A stretch of DNA of 63,840 bases, filler included, from Octopus bimaculoides (Eukaryota), in assembly GCF_001194135.2 (NCBI RefSeq). It is 6 parts of 6 records of this genome, joined end to end, with 100 filler letters (N's around TTAATTAATTAA, not from the genome) between each part and the next. Parts side by side here need not be neighbours in the genome. Positions count along the whole stretch, not along the records: positions 1 to 24,988 come from NC_068994.1; positions 25,089 to 39,301 come from NC_068986.1; 4 more parts are not named here. The stretch is one strand, 5' to 3'. This document shows positions 13,619 to 26,099 of this stretch, in pieces. The position numbers and the translations under genes were made by a program. The number at the start of each line of letters is the position of its first letter. Position 1 is the first letter of the stretch. The notes under the pieces were generated by a model. The model was not told the DNA's origin. It made no database searches and was given only the letters and a program-made list of their open reading frames with translations.

Positions 13619-13973
13619 CTGACTTCTGAAAGAAGTGTGGGGAGAAAGAAACCCGAGCCCTAGTTTGAACTCTTGCAGTAAAGCAAAGTCTGTTGAAGGC
13701 AGCCAAAGATCCAGGTGGTGGTAGTGAATCGGGCACTGAATCAAGTTTATGTAGCTGAAAATTACAAATGAGTTGGGTTTACTAATGTGATTTACATTTA
13801 GGAAAACATATAACAGCTTTTACTGTAAACTTGCTATTTGCAGTAAGCACTAAATAAAACTGCTGACAAATGTGAACTGTGAAAGGGTTAACCCAGTATG
13901 TCTCCGACAGCTAGATTTACAGTTTTAGGACAGTTTATTACCTGTTGTAACCATTAATCATGACAACCAGTTG
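13619..13973 (-). CDS. Two candidate coding exons (13942-13973 and 13619-13754) of an unidentified gene
   Basis: Both have pyrimidine-rich AG acceptors and GT donors. Splicing gives an open frame QLVVMINGYNSYINLIQCPIHYHHLDLWLPSTDFALLQEFKLGLGFLSPHTSFRSQ. No homologue recognised. Confidence 0.22.
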
Positions 13974-14655
13974 CTGTGGAGTTTGAAAGGGTTAATATAA
14001 ATTAGACAAACAGTTACAATTAGAATAATTACATATAGTAGCCTTTATGAAGCACCAAATGTAGCTGTGGGGTGTAACAGACTAAAAAAGAGTTTTGTTT
14101 TATTTTGTTTTTGCAAGAATAAATATAACAACAATAAGAAAACTAAGAACACACAATAATGAAATAACAATAAGACAGTTATATTTTTTTAAAAGATTTT
14201 CATTTCGTATAAGACAGAATCTATTGGGAATAAAACAAGGCAGGTTTGAAGGTTCTTAATGGAAATTGTTTTTATCCGTTTTTGTGCTTCTTCAGACATT
14301 TGGCACTAGAGAATGGCTATAAAACCACATGTGCTTCTTTGGTATTTGCTGTTGTTTAAAAGTATTTTTTGAGATGTTGATAAGAAAATAATTGTAACCA
14401 ATATGTGGGGGTATTTGGATGATTTTGGTGAGACATGTAATACTTAGATGCAACATCGTAGTGTTGCTTTCAAGTCAAAGACATGTAGAGCTCCAATATT
14501 GGGCCCATAGACATTGGTGGTGAAACATCTTAGAACCTCCATATCATCCTCTGGTGTTTTGGCTCCCATTAAACATGTGGGGACAATATAGACTGTTTTA
14601 ATATTGTTCATGTACAAATATATATATATATATATGCAGTGTGTGTATGTGTGCA

Positions 14656-14710
<55 letters not shown>

Positions 14711-15307
14711 NNNNNNNNNNNNNNNNNNNNNNNNNNNNNNNNNNNNNNNNNNNNNNNNNNNNNNNNNNNNNNNNNNNNNNNNNNNNNNNNNNNNNNNNNN
14801 NNNNNNNNNNNNNNNNNNNNNNNNNNNNNNNNNNNNNNNNNNNNNNNNNNNNNNNNNNNNNNNNNNNNNNNNNNNNNNNNNNNNNNNNNNNNNNNNNNNN
14901 NNNNNNNNNNNNNNNNNNNNNNNNNNNNNNNNNNNNNNNNNNNNNNNNNNNNNNNNNNNNNNNNNNNNNNNNNNNNNNNNNNNNNNNNNNNNNNNNNNNN
15001 NNNNNNNNNNNNNNNNNNNNNNNNNNNNNNNNNNNNNNNNNNNNNNNNNNNNNNNNNNNNNNNNNNNNNNNNNNNNNNNNNNNNNNNNNNNNNNNNNNNN
15101 NNNNNNNNNNNNNNNNNNNNNNNNNNNNNNNNNNNNNNNNNNNNNNNNNNNNNNNNNNNNNNNNNNNNNNNNNNNNNNNNNNNNNNNNNNNNNNNNNNNN
15201 NNNNNNNNNNNNNNNNNNNNNNNNNNNNNNNNNNNNNNNNNNNNNNNNNNNNNNNNNNNNNNNNNNNNNNNNNNNNNNNNNNNNNNNNNNNNNNNNNNNN
15301 NNNNNNN

Positions 15308-15349
<42 letters not shown>

Positions 15350-15732
15350 GGAGAGAGAGTGTGTGTGTTTGTGTGGGGGAGCTTAAGAGTTAAGATTTGC
15401 TGTGCATAAGTTAAAATATGTAGTGTTTGACCTTGTGTGTTGATACAACATTATTGTTGCATTTGTTGATTTATATGGGATGAGTATATAATCAATATGT
15501 ATTGGTACTGAAATATTTGATAACTAACTATGAGTGTTAGAGATATTCTGTGAAGTGTATGTCATGTATATCTCATATGTTACAGTTGATACATAGGAAT
15601 GGGGACCTATAAATTTTGTAGCTTATTTTCTTCATTCATATTGTCAATAGATGGACTTAGACAATTTGGCCAAGCTGACTGGTCATTCAATCTGTATTTG
15701 GCGATACAACTTTTTGGTGCTGGAGTCAAACA

Positions 15733-15775
<43 letters not shown>

Positions 15776-16741
15776 GTTCAGAAATATACGCATACAGGTA
15801 ATGAGAAGGAGAGAAAGAGACTGATGTTATAATTTATTAATTGAACATGGTTGACATAAACACTTTCCCTCTCCTCACACACAGAGAGAGCAATATGTTC
15901 ACACACATAAACAGAAAGAGAGGTTGGGAGGAAGAGAACAAGAAAAATGTCTGATGTTAAATAAGTCAGCATCCAATCAACAATGCCAAATAAGTGGTGC
16001 CAAAACAGCTGTGCCAAAATGTCCCATACCCATCAGTAGACCATATAGAAACCCATGCATATTTGACTTGTGTTGGGATAATAAAAAAACGGGGAAGATC
16101 TGCAACATGTTGCGCTCAAAAACCTAACTTGCAGTATGGGAATACATATGTGTGGGAGTTAACATGTAGCATATAAATTTATTGGGGAGATTAGTGAGGA
16201 GACACATAGGACTGTTTACTGTTAAAATATGTGATACCAACAGTAAGAGACCCATTTCATTACTTTAGATCCATGGAACCAATATCACTCAAGACCCCCA
16301 CCAAATATCTGAAACATATAGGATACTGAGCACCCACATTAGACTTTTTCATATAACACCTGTATGTAGATCTTGATCAAATGGACCTCTTGCTATAAAA
16401 GCCATTGAAGCACTGGGTATTTCCATGTCAAAGCTGTCAGAATGTCTTTAAACTATCTTGGATTATTTGAAACTAAGAAAGCAGGCTATTAGTACTACCA
16501 TTAGTTGTCTAATATGCATGTGTGTATGCATGTATGTATATATGTGTGTGTGTTTTATGTTTAAACAAAGAAAAATATGTTGATATAAAGAATACATATA
16601 ACAGAAGATGATTATAACATTGCCCTCATATATTCTTGCACTCTATCAACACATTTTGCTTTGTTTGAATGTAAACGTCATATATGTGCATGCCATCAAA
16701 ACCTAATTTAACTAACAAATTTAATTTCATATATATGTATA

Positions 16742-17624
16742 TGTATATTGAGTCAAAAATTTTGCAATAATTTGGTAAGTTATTTGCTTTATTTGTCAAG
16801 TTACAACAAAAGCAGCCCAGCATTCAAAGTCGAGACCATCGTGTTGCACCTTTTGAAACCACCTTTCTGCTGGTTCTTTGATTCCATGCTGATACCAGAT
16901 TTTGTCCTTCAAGCTGAAGAACTCCTTCACTGAAGCTTCCACCTCCTCTTGGTTCATGAAACATTGCAGGTGCAGGAAATGAGTCATGGATCAGAACAAG
17001 TAATAGTCCAAGGTAGCTATTTTTCACAATCCTAACATGCATAAGCAGTGGCTAAGCAAGGGTCAGCTTTCAGAACCTGCTGTCAAACATGGACATTTCA
17101 AACACAAGGTGATACTGTTTGTCTGGTGGAATTATGAAAGAATAATTTACTAAGAGTTTGTTTCAAATGGTTGAACCATCGATGTCAACTTGTACTCTAA
17201 ACAACTGCAGTGGATGTATGTCCTTGTGTAGCAAAAAATACCTGACATTGTTAACAGAAAGTAAGCACTTCTACAGCAAGGCAATACAAAACCTCATTCT
17301 GCTTGAACAATCCAGAATAAACTTCAGGAAATTAAACTGTTCCACACACAGTATATAGTCTGAAGCAAGCTCCCTCGCATTATTATGTGTTCTAATCCAG
17401 GGTTCACTTCCTGCACTCATGATGTTTCATCAAGCAAGAGGAGGTGGAAGGAGTTCTTTGCCCATAAGGACAAGGATTGGTATTGTCATGGGATCAAAGA
17501 AATGGCAGAACACAATGGCACAACACAATGGCCTCTACTTTGAATGTTAGACTGCTTTTGTTATAAGTGGATGAATACAGCAAATATGTTACCAAAATAC
17601 TGCAAAACTTTTGACTCAACACTG
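16742..17624. mobile_element. Mariner (DD34D-type) relic with inverted duplication of its 3' end
   Basis: 17018-17624 (+) encodes KVILFVWWNY, LLQQGNTKPHSA and the C-terminus up to the TIR ...ttttgactcaacactg-TA. 16742-17017 is a diverged inverted copy of the same 3' end (DYYLF*SMTHFL...HDGLDFEC on the minus strand). Confidence 0.82.
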
Positions 17625-17626
17625 TA

Positions 17627-17702
<76 letters not shown>

Positions 17703-18030
17703 GTATCAATTAATGAATGAATGACAAAGAATAGGAGTCATGTAATCACTTGCATTAGCTCACAGTTGTTCTGCTATAAGAAGCAGTGCACTGAGTGCAA
17801 AGTGTGGTTCTGAGGAAACTAATAGATTGCTGCACAAGTACTCAGCTTTGAGTGCACTGTTTCTTATAACAGAAAGGGTTGTTATTAATGAAGGTGATTA
17901 CATGTCTCCTGTTCTCTTGTCCTTCATTAATTAATATTATGCTATCGTATTCACATAATGCTTTACTCAAAAGCACAAGTATATTGAGTTCTAACAACTG
18001 GTTACTAGTACTGCTATGTCTAAGCAGAAT

Positions 18031-18065
<35 letters not shown>

Positions 18066-18189
18066 AAGGTTTCTGAGCTAAAGGATGTTTCTACAAAGGA
18101 AGTATCCATATGACATAAGCAGATATGAAAGAATACTGAAATAAAACTGAAGTCAATTGGACATCGTTAAGAAACAAATAACTATTATG

Positions 18190-18420
18190 TAGTATATATG
18201 ATACCAATGACTTGGTTCTTACTGCAGAATCTATAAGGAAACTGTCAAAAGAAGTTTAAAACATGAGAGAGGGGTTTAAGTTGAAGTAAAGATAGCCAAG
18301 GCTATTTAATTGTAGCAACTACTAAGATATTTGTATCAGGATAAATGGTCATATTGAAAATGCAGGAAGAGAGTAGGCAGGAACTTAATGTTTGCATTGG
18401 GGTCTGTTAACAGCATAACA
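18190..18420 (+). mobile_element. RTE-clade LINE RT remnant
   Basis: Translates to YDTNDLVLTAESIRKL (YADD-region relic) followed by a frameshifted SG.W..KCRKRVGRN Cys-rich motif. Confidence 0.55.
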
Positions 18421-18939
18421 CATGACAGACAATTGACTATTCAGATTGCTTGCTAGAAATAGCAATTAAATCTTGTTAACTGAGGAGACAAGGATTGCTG
18501 AAGTGGTAGCAAAGTGGCTAAAATTTCAGATGTGACTAAAAATGTTGTGGAAATTGCTACCAGTATTAATTATTAAAAAATTAGATTTGTGTACCCTATG
18601 CATTTTCCCCTTCTTTATTAATTTCAAATTTAAATTTTTAATCCCCGCCATATATTATGATGAAATGATTATCTCCCTAGTATTAACTGTCCACTAGGGG
18701 ACACCACTTGTGACCACTATTGACATATAGGAATTTCTCTCAATGCATGAAACACAAACCATGTGCTTAAACTCTGTGTATATCAGAAATGTGATGCTGT
18801 ATGGTTGTGAAATGTATGTATTAAATGGAGATGGTCTGCAGCAACTGGACAGGAACAAATTAAGTATGGCACATTGGATGTTCAGTAATAATGTGAAAAT
18901 CAGTATAAGTGGAGCAAAATAAAAGAGTGAGAGGTGAAA

Positions 18940-19250
18940 GACAAATTGAGTGAAGTCAGCCAGTCTGAATGGAGTGAAAGACTGTGAGTAAAGTGAAAGA
19001 CTGTGTAAGCGGAGAGAAAGACAGTGTTGAGTGAAGTGAAGAACAAACTGATTGAAATGAAAGACAGTGCAAGTGGAGTGACAAGACATCGCTGAGTGGA
19101 ATGAAAGATGGCATTAAGTAGAGTGAAAGACACTGTGAGTGGAGTGAAAAGATATTGTTGAGTAGAATGAAAGACAGTATTAAGTGGAGTGAAAGAGAGT
19201 GTGAGTGGAGTGAAAAGATATTGTAAATAGAATGGAAGACAGTGATTGGG
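18940..19250. repeat. 22-bp minisatellite (approx. TGAGTGGAGTGAAAGACAGTGT) with 66-bp higher-order repeat
   Basis: gagtggagtgaaaagatattgt recurs at 19137 and 19203, with two other 22-bp variants between. Confidence 0.8.
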
Positions 19251-19624
19251 AATTTCAATTTTTATACTTTAGTCAGGTAAGAAGGTGGTGGGCATGACAG
19301 GGTCTCCAAGATTGGTGGGAGGGAGGGNNNNNNNNNNNNNNNNNNNNNNNNNNNNNNNNNNNNNNNNNNNNNNNNNNNNNNNNNNNNNNNNNNNNNNNNN
19401 NNNNNNNNNNNNNNNNNNNNNNNNNNNNNNNNNNNNNNNNNNNNNNNNNNNNNNNNNNNNNNNNNNNNNNNNNNNNNNNNNNNNNNNNNNNNNNNNNNNN
19501 NNNNNNNNNNNNNNNNNNNNNNNNNNNNNNNNNNNNNNNNNNNNNNNNNNNNNNNNNNNNNNNNNNNNNNNNNNNTATATATATATATATATATGCATAC
19601 ACATATATACCTTTTCCATTGTGT

Positions 19625-19660
<36 letters not shown>

Positions 19661-20336
19661 TGGGTGAATCATACAGAATAATAAAGTGTGGTGAGTTGGG
19701 GATTGAAGAGTTCCCTGCTGCTGCAGCTAGTAGACAGACTAAAGAAGTTTTGGGATGAAGCATTTGGGGCTGGAAGATAAAGTTGAAAACAGCACAGCAA
19801 TATACCAAACTAGCTATAATGTCATGCTTTATTATTTTTTCTAACTCACCCATCTTATTTGTAACAATAATAATTTTTTACTTAATCATTAGGCCTTTTT
19901 TTAATTTCGTTTTTCCCCAGTTTTGCAAGACAAACAAAAGTCAAATTCTGACAAGTGAACTCATTGCCCAGGAGTTAAGACTCCAATAGATTAGCCACTT
20001 AATCCTTGCATGATAACAATCACAATTGCAGCCAGGGACATTTAAAGGAATAGAAAATTGCAGCAGTCACTAAACAAATCATAGCTCTGTTTAGTGATGG
20101 TTAACTTGGGGTTACACAACAACACCATTAGTGTCACTACCTATAACACCACCAAGCTAGGACAGGAACTCTGTGAACATTTCGGCTATTTTTACTGCCT
20201 GGCAGAGAAACCTTTAACCAAACAGCTACAACTGCATAGAAACAGTTGTTCTTATTGATATTCAATTATAGAACATTCTATAAGTATTACTATGAAAAGA
20301 AAATTCATACTTCACAGGTGTTTATTTGTGATTTTA

Positions 20337-21182
20337 CAAGGTGGTATCAAAAAGGTCCTGGACTAGTTCTGTAGTGTGCCAACAGATGGCAGCACACGGT
20401 TACATGTGCAATGAAAGCTAGCAGTGACCTTCATGAAGCTGTGTGCTGAGTGACATTGCTGTGTTTACTTCGCAAGTTGTGAAGTTTGTGTTTTTGTGAT
20501 CACGTGTATGCTGTAGTCTGAGATTTCGTCATGGGCAGGAAGTTGGAACAAAGGGTCAGCATGAAATTTTGCATCAAACCTCCCAAGTTTAACGCAAAGT
20601 TAACATCACCAATGATTAGAGTTGGGTCTACAGGTACGACCCTGAGACAAAGCAGCAGTTGTCACAACAGAAGAGCCCTTCATTTCCACAACCGCAAAAG
20701 GCATGACAGAGCTGCAGGTCAATGAAGAGCATACTTATCATTTATTTTAAAATCCACACTATTGTGCATTGAGAATTCCTCCCCAGGGCCAGACTATGAT
20801 TCTACATGATGACAATGCACGCTGTAACTGAGTTCTACTCATTTGTGAGTTTCTTGCTAAGAATGACATGGTAGTACTAACGCACCTGCCCTATTCACCA
20901 GATTTAGCACCTGGTGACTTTCATATCTTCTCCAAGATGAAAATGCAGCTCAAAGGTCACTGTTTAGCACCGTTCTTGAGATCAAGAACAAATTGCAGAA
21001 GGTCCGCTTATGGAAAATGACTTCCAGACCGATTTTCAAAAGTTGCAGAAATGCTGAGACCAATGTATTGCTGTGTAAGGTGAGTATTTCAAAGGAGATA
21101 ATGTTTAAACTTAGGTAAATAAATTGTTGTTGTTTTTTTTTATTAAACATAACAAGTTCAGGAGCTTTTTGATATCACCTTG
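20337..21182 (+). mobile_element. Mariner (irritans/Hsmar2-like) internally deleted relic, 846 bp
   Basis: TIRs CAAGGTG(G/A)TATCAAAAAG with TA on both sides. Translation gives MGRKLEQRVSMKFCIK, LHDDNA, HLPYSPDLAPGDFHIFSKMKMQLKG and GEYFKGD. Confidence 0.88.
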
Positions 21183-21297
21183 TATCTGGATGTTTGTGTA
21201 TTTATACTCGCAAACTGACTTACACACAACGCAGAACAACTTACAGACACTGCTGAGTGGGTGAAGAAGTGGATTCTTTACATTGCAAAGCTATTAA

Positions 21298-21842
21298 TCC
21301 TTTAACATTCAGATTACTCTGTGAAGGTGTGTGGTTTAGTGGTTAGGATAAAAAGCTCACAATCGTAAGGTCAATGAGTCTGAAAACTGGCAGTGCATTG
21401 TGTCCTTGAGAAAGACACTTTATTTCATATTGCTCCAATCCACTCAGCTGGCAAAAATGAACAGCACCTGTAATTCAAAGGGCCAGTCTTGTCACATTCT
21501 GTGTCATGCTGAATCTCACTAAGAACTACATTAAGGGTACACATATCTGTGGAGTACTCAACCACTTGCACGTTAATTACACAAGCAGGCTGTTCCATTG
21601 ATCAGATAAACTGGAACTCTCATCGCCGTAGCCAACAGAGTGCCAGTTTTTTTCACTGTATCTACAGTAATGCTTATTTATTCACATTTTAAAAATTAAT
21701 CATGCATTATCTTGTAGCTCTAAGATTTTAATATCCACAGATATGACATTGTAGGGTAGAAGTGAGAGGCCAGATCTGGCTAGCTTGAACATAAAACAGT
21801 GGAATATTTAGGCTGAATATGGCTGGTTTAAATGCTAGAGAG
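21298..21842. mobile_element. piggyBac-like MITE interrupted by a SINE
   Basis: TTAA at 21294-21297 and 21843-21846, with decayed (c)cctttagcatt-type ends; a related partial inverted copy lies at ~42055-42255. Confidence 0.55.
21321..21650 (+). mobile_element. tRNA-derived SINE family C
   Basis: Head gtgtggtttagtggttagg and tgtgtccttgagaaagacacttt core; the 3' part matches 34690-34870 and, more distantly, ~56890-57050. Confidence 0.75.
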
Positions 21843-22537
21843 TTAAAGATATTCAAATAAAGTGAAACAGCTTCAACTGGGAATTAATTTATCGAGAATA
21901 CAAAAGTAAATTAGCCATTAATCATTACAACAGCAACAATAACCAAGGGGCCCTCTAAACTTTTGCACAACCTGCCAGAAATAGTGAACAAATCTCCTTC
22001 ATATCACATTCTATTCTATCGTCTGAGAAAACAAAGGATTATTTCATAATGTAATCTTAAATGGACCATGACAGAAAAATAGGAGGTGAGATGATCATAG
22101 CCAAAATGCTTTAGATCATAGGTTTCCATAATCAGGGCTTGACCTGGGGTTGAACAACAATATTAATAGCAATAACAAAAACTTTTTTTCTTAACAAACT
22201 TGATTTCTATTTCTGACATTTATAAAGTCTTTTTCTTTTCCACTTCAGTCAGCTCTAAAAGAAGGATGAAATTAATTTTATCAACTCCCATATAAGACAG
22301 GTACTTATTTTATTAACCTTGTGGGAGGAATGAATGGCAAAGTTGACCTTGGCAAGATTTTAATTCAAAACATAGTAAAGTGTACCTAAGTATCACATGT
22401 ACTGCTTTCCTGATAGCTTTTAATATTAATTATTATCACATGATGAGGATGATAAATAACAACAACAACAATAATAATAAAACACATCAGAAAAGGTCTC
22501 AGATAACAACAAAGCAACTTTACTCTGAGATGTACCA

Positions 22538-22712
22538 GTAATTCGTGGAACATACTGGAGCATCTTCAGAGTTTCAATAATAAAATGTTTAGGCCCTATT
22601 AATGAAACTGCATTAAAAAAAGAGAACACAGTAGCATGTTTTGTGTTGCTTTTTGCTTTTGCTGTTTTGAATACCACACCAATATGCTCGAAGAGGCAAG
22701 CTTTATATATAT
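22538..22712. repeat. ~175-bp direct repeat, copy 1 (copy 2 at 24739-24913)
   Basis: Near-identical sequence 2201 bp apart with about five substitutions; both copies end at (TA)n. Confidence 0.9.
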
Positions 22713-23658
22713 GTGTGTGTGTGTGGACACAGAAATCAAGGCTAATTAGCCAGATATTGGTGCCATAAATAGTCTAGATTGAAAGTGATTTTTCATCAAA
22801 GATCTTGAAACAGAGATAACCAGAACATGGAGACTAAAATTAAACAATTCCTAAAATAATATTAAGTGTCTTGGGAATAATTAAAAATAATACCAATAAA
22901 TATCTAACCTGAATTTTGACATAACAGAAAAAAAACAGTCATAGTTCAATGTTAGAAGAGCAACCATGAAGCTGTGAGATGTGTTGCAGAGAAGCTTGCA
23001 GTCTTGTCAGATTGGAAACTTATAGAACATTAGTCTAAATTAAAATACATTTTCACTACTATCACTGTAGCAGGTTGGCTAATTCTGTATATAAATACAC
23101 AACATATAGAACTAATATGTAATGTATACATATTACAGAAGAGTCATTTCAATACAATAGAAGATACCATGTCAAAGAAATCCTAATAGCTTCCCTGAAG
23201 GGGGTGCATCAGCATAGCTTTTGATGTGAAGATTAAAACAAATTAAATACATTTGCAAAGAAAAGGGTGAGACAAGCTCAACACATTATCTGAAAGACCA
23301 GAGGGGAAACTGTATACTATCAACAATATGAAGTAATATAACTTCCATCACAGCACTGCATCAATTAGAAGTTCAACCGTATCCAGAGAATGTAGTATGA
23401 TATACATACATATATATATATATATATGTATANNNNNNNNNNNNNNNNNNNNNNNNNNNNNNNNNNNNNNNNNNNNNNNNNNNNNNNNNNNNNNNNNNNN
23501 NNNNNNNNNNNNNNNNNNNNNNNNNNNNNNNNNNNNNNNNNNNNNNNNNNNNNNNNNNNNNNNNNNNNNNNNNNNNNNNNNNNNNNNNNNNNNNNNNNNN
23601 NNNNNNNNNNNNNNNNNNNNNNNNNNNNNNNNNNNNNNNNNNNNNNNNNNNNNNNNNN

Positions 23659-23691
<33 letters not shown>

Positions 23692-24738
23692 AAGTAGATG
23701 GAAAAAACTGTAAGAAAGTCTATGGGATTTGCACTGTGTGTCAGCTGTAAATTGTATAACCATGCTAATCCCTGCTCCAAAGCAACCTCATAACTTCACC
23801 AATCTAAACTAGAAGCCTTAACCTAACAAGCTAGATTTCCCATGTGCGTGTGTGTGTGTGTGTGTGTGTGATTACATAGTTACATAAATTACCTCCATTT
23901 GAATGTGTAAAATTGGCTGTGTTGGAAAGCCAGGACGAAAATACCAATATTTACAATTGGGGAAAACATCAGCAAAAAGTATGTTTTTGATGGACTTCAT
24001 TTGGAAGAAGGCTGGGAAAAATGTTTAGTATGATGTCTAGGTATTGAGTTAGACTACAAAAAGGAAAAGATATTGAGGACACAAGTAGGTTTATGTAGAA
24101 TTGTTATAGGCCCAATAACTTCAAATAGTGATTGCTGTAGAAGAGACATGGGGTGGTGAGTGGGTAATGGAGAAACAAAAACAGTTTGCCAATCAAGTGA
24201 ATAGTGGTTCTATTTTTTGTGTGGATGCTATGCAGAATGTGTACATGATTGGTGCATTATTTTAAAGTGAGCACTGTTGTGTAGTCAATTACAGAGCATA
24301 CTTTGGGTGAAAATACACGATGGATAAATAATAGAAATTAAAAGCTATTAAGATAATGAATGGAGAAAACAATATTTTAAGATGTAGGGAGGCAGATGCA
24401 GGTTGTGTTGTACAAAGGCAAACAAATTTTCAAGGGACATTGTCCAGTAGTGGTCAAAAACATAGAACAACTCTTTCTTAAAAGACTAAAAGTAAATTTA
24501 AAAATAACAAATCTTTGGCACTGTTATCTCCAAGACCTTTTTCTGGATAACTATTAACAATAAATTCATGACTCTTAACATAGGCATGAAGTTTTGGACT
24601 TATAAGTGTGCGTCATTTTGGCTTACAAATAACAAATGTGAATTTTAAAATAAAATATTTAAACAAAAACAATGAGAGCAGAAAAAAAAACAAATAACAA
24701 ACAAGGTTATTAGTGATGGATGATGTCTAAAGTTCTGA

Positions 24739-24901
24739 GTAATTCATGGAACATACTGGAGCATCTTCAGAGTTTCAATAATAACATGTTTAGGCCCTAT
24801 TAATGAAACTACATTTAAAAAAGAGAACACAGTAGCATGTTTTGTGTTGCTTTTTGCTTTTGCTGTTTTGAATACCACACCAATATGTTCGAAGAGGCAA
24901 G

Positions 24902-24913
<12 letters not shown>
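24739..24913. repeat. ~175-bp direct repeat, copy 2
   Basis: Matches 22538-22712. Confidence 0.9.
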
Positions 24914-24946
<33 letters not shown>

Positions 24947-25032
24947 TATATATATATATGTATATATATCTTTTATATATGTATATATNNNNNNNNNNNN
25001 NNNNNNNNNNNNNNNNNNNNNNNNNNNNNNNN

Positions 25033-25044
25033 TTAATTAATTAA
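25033..25044. other. Artificial assembly spacer TTAATTAATTAA (also 39346-39357, 54295-54306, 59912-59923, 62769-62780)
   Basis: Identical 12-mer with stops in all six frames, centred in N runs (44 N + 12 + 44 N = 100 bp). Confidence 0.95.
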
Positions 25045-25673
25045 NNNNNNNNNNNNNNNNNNNNNNNNNNNNNNNNNNNNNNNNNNNNATATATATATAT
25101 ATAAATATATATATCTATATATGTACATAGATAGATAGATAAACATATCTACAAGTGTATACACATACATGTATATATGTATAAATACATAAATGTGTTT
25201 CTATCTACCATGGTATATTTTAGTTTGATCGTGTGTGTGTGTGAATGTTTATGTGGATGAATGTCAACCTGAATCCCAAATACACTTGCCATTATCTTGT
25301 TTCCCTGTGTTCAATTTCTGAATCCTTCTTCAGACGAATGACACAAATTTAACACTTAGAATCATTCCACTTATAAATGTATCCTTTGCTCTGTGAGGTT
25401 TAACCAAGCCTTAAATAAACAGTTAGTTGGTATGATATGTTGCAGAGCGTTAAGAGATGAAAGACTGAAGATAGGCTCCAGTAATGACGAGAAGGATAAA
25501 TTTAATTCCAATAAATAAATAATACCAAATGTAAATGGATTCATTCATTTCTTTACATTGATGGGAGATGTATGCGAATTCTTTCCGTATTTAATACCAC
25601 ATTTTTCGAATGCGTTTCTGTATATACATATGTGTGTTTGTTTGTTTGTGTGTGTGTGTGCTAGTGTATGTAT

Positions 25674-25709
<36 letters not shown>

Positions 25710-26099
25710 NNNNNNNNNNNNNNNNNNNNNNNNNNNNNNNNNNNNNNNNNNNNNNNNNNNNNNNNNNNNNNNNNNNNNNNNNNNNNNNNNNNNNNNNNNN
25801 NNNNNNNNNNNNNNNNNNNNNNNNNNNNNNNNNNNNNNNNNNNNNNNNNNNNNNNNNNNNNNNNNNNNNNNNNNNNNNNNNNNNNNNNNNNNNNNNNNNN
25901 NNNNNNNNNNNNNNNNNNNNNNNNNNNNNNNNNNNNNNNNNNNNNNNNNNNNNNNNNNNNNNNNNNNNNNNNNNNNNNNNNNNNNNNNNNNNNNNNNNNN
26001 NNNNNNNNNNNNNNNNNNNNNNNNNNNNNNNNNNNNNNNNATATATATGTATATATAAACAAATAGTAAATGAGTATATGCATATATACGTACAGGTAT

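Noticed and set aside
23900-24420. Possible RTE fragments (Cys-rich motif near 24190-24260)
   Set aside because: Too decayed to align convincingly by eye.
25033-25044. Palindromic TTAATTAATTAA islands recurring five times
   Set aside because: Always centred in 100-bp N spacers; an assembler linker, not biology.
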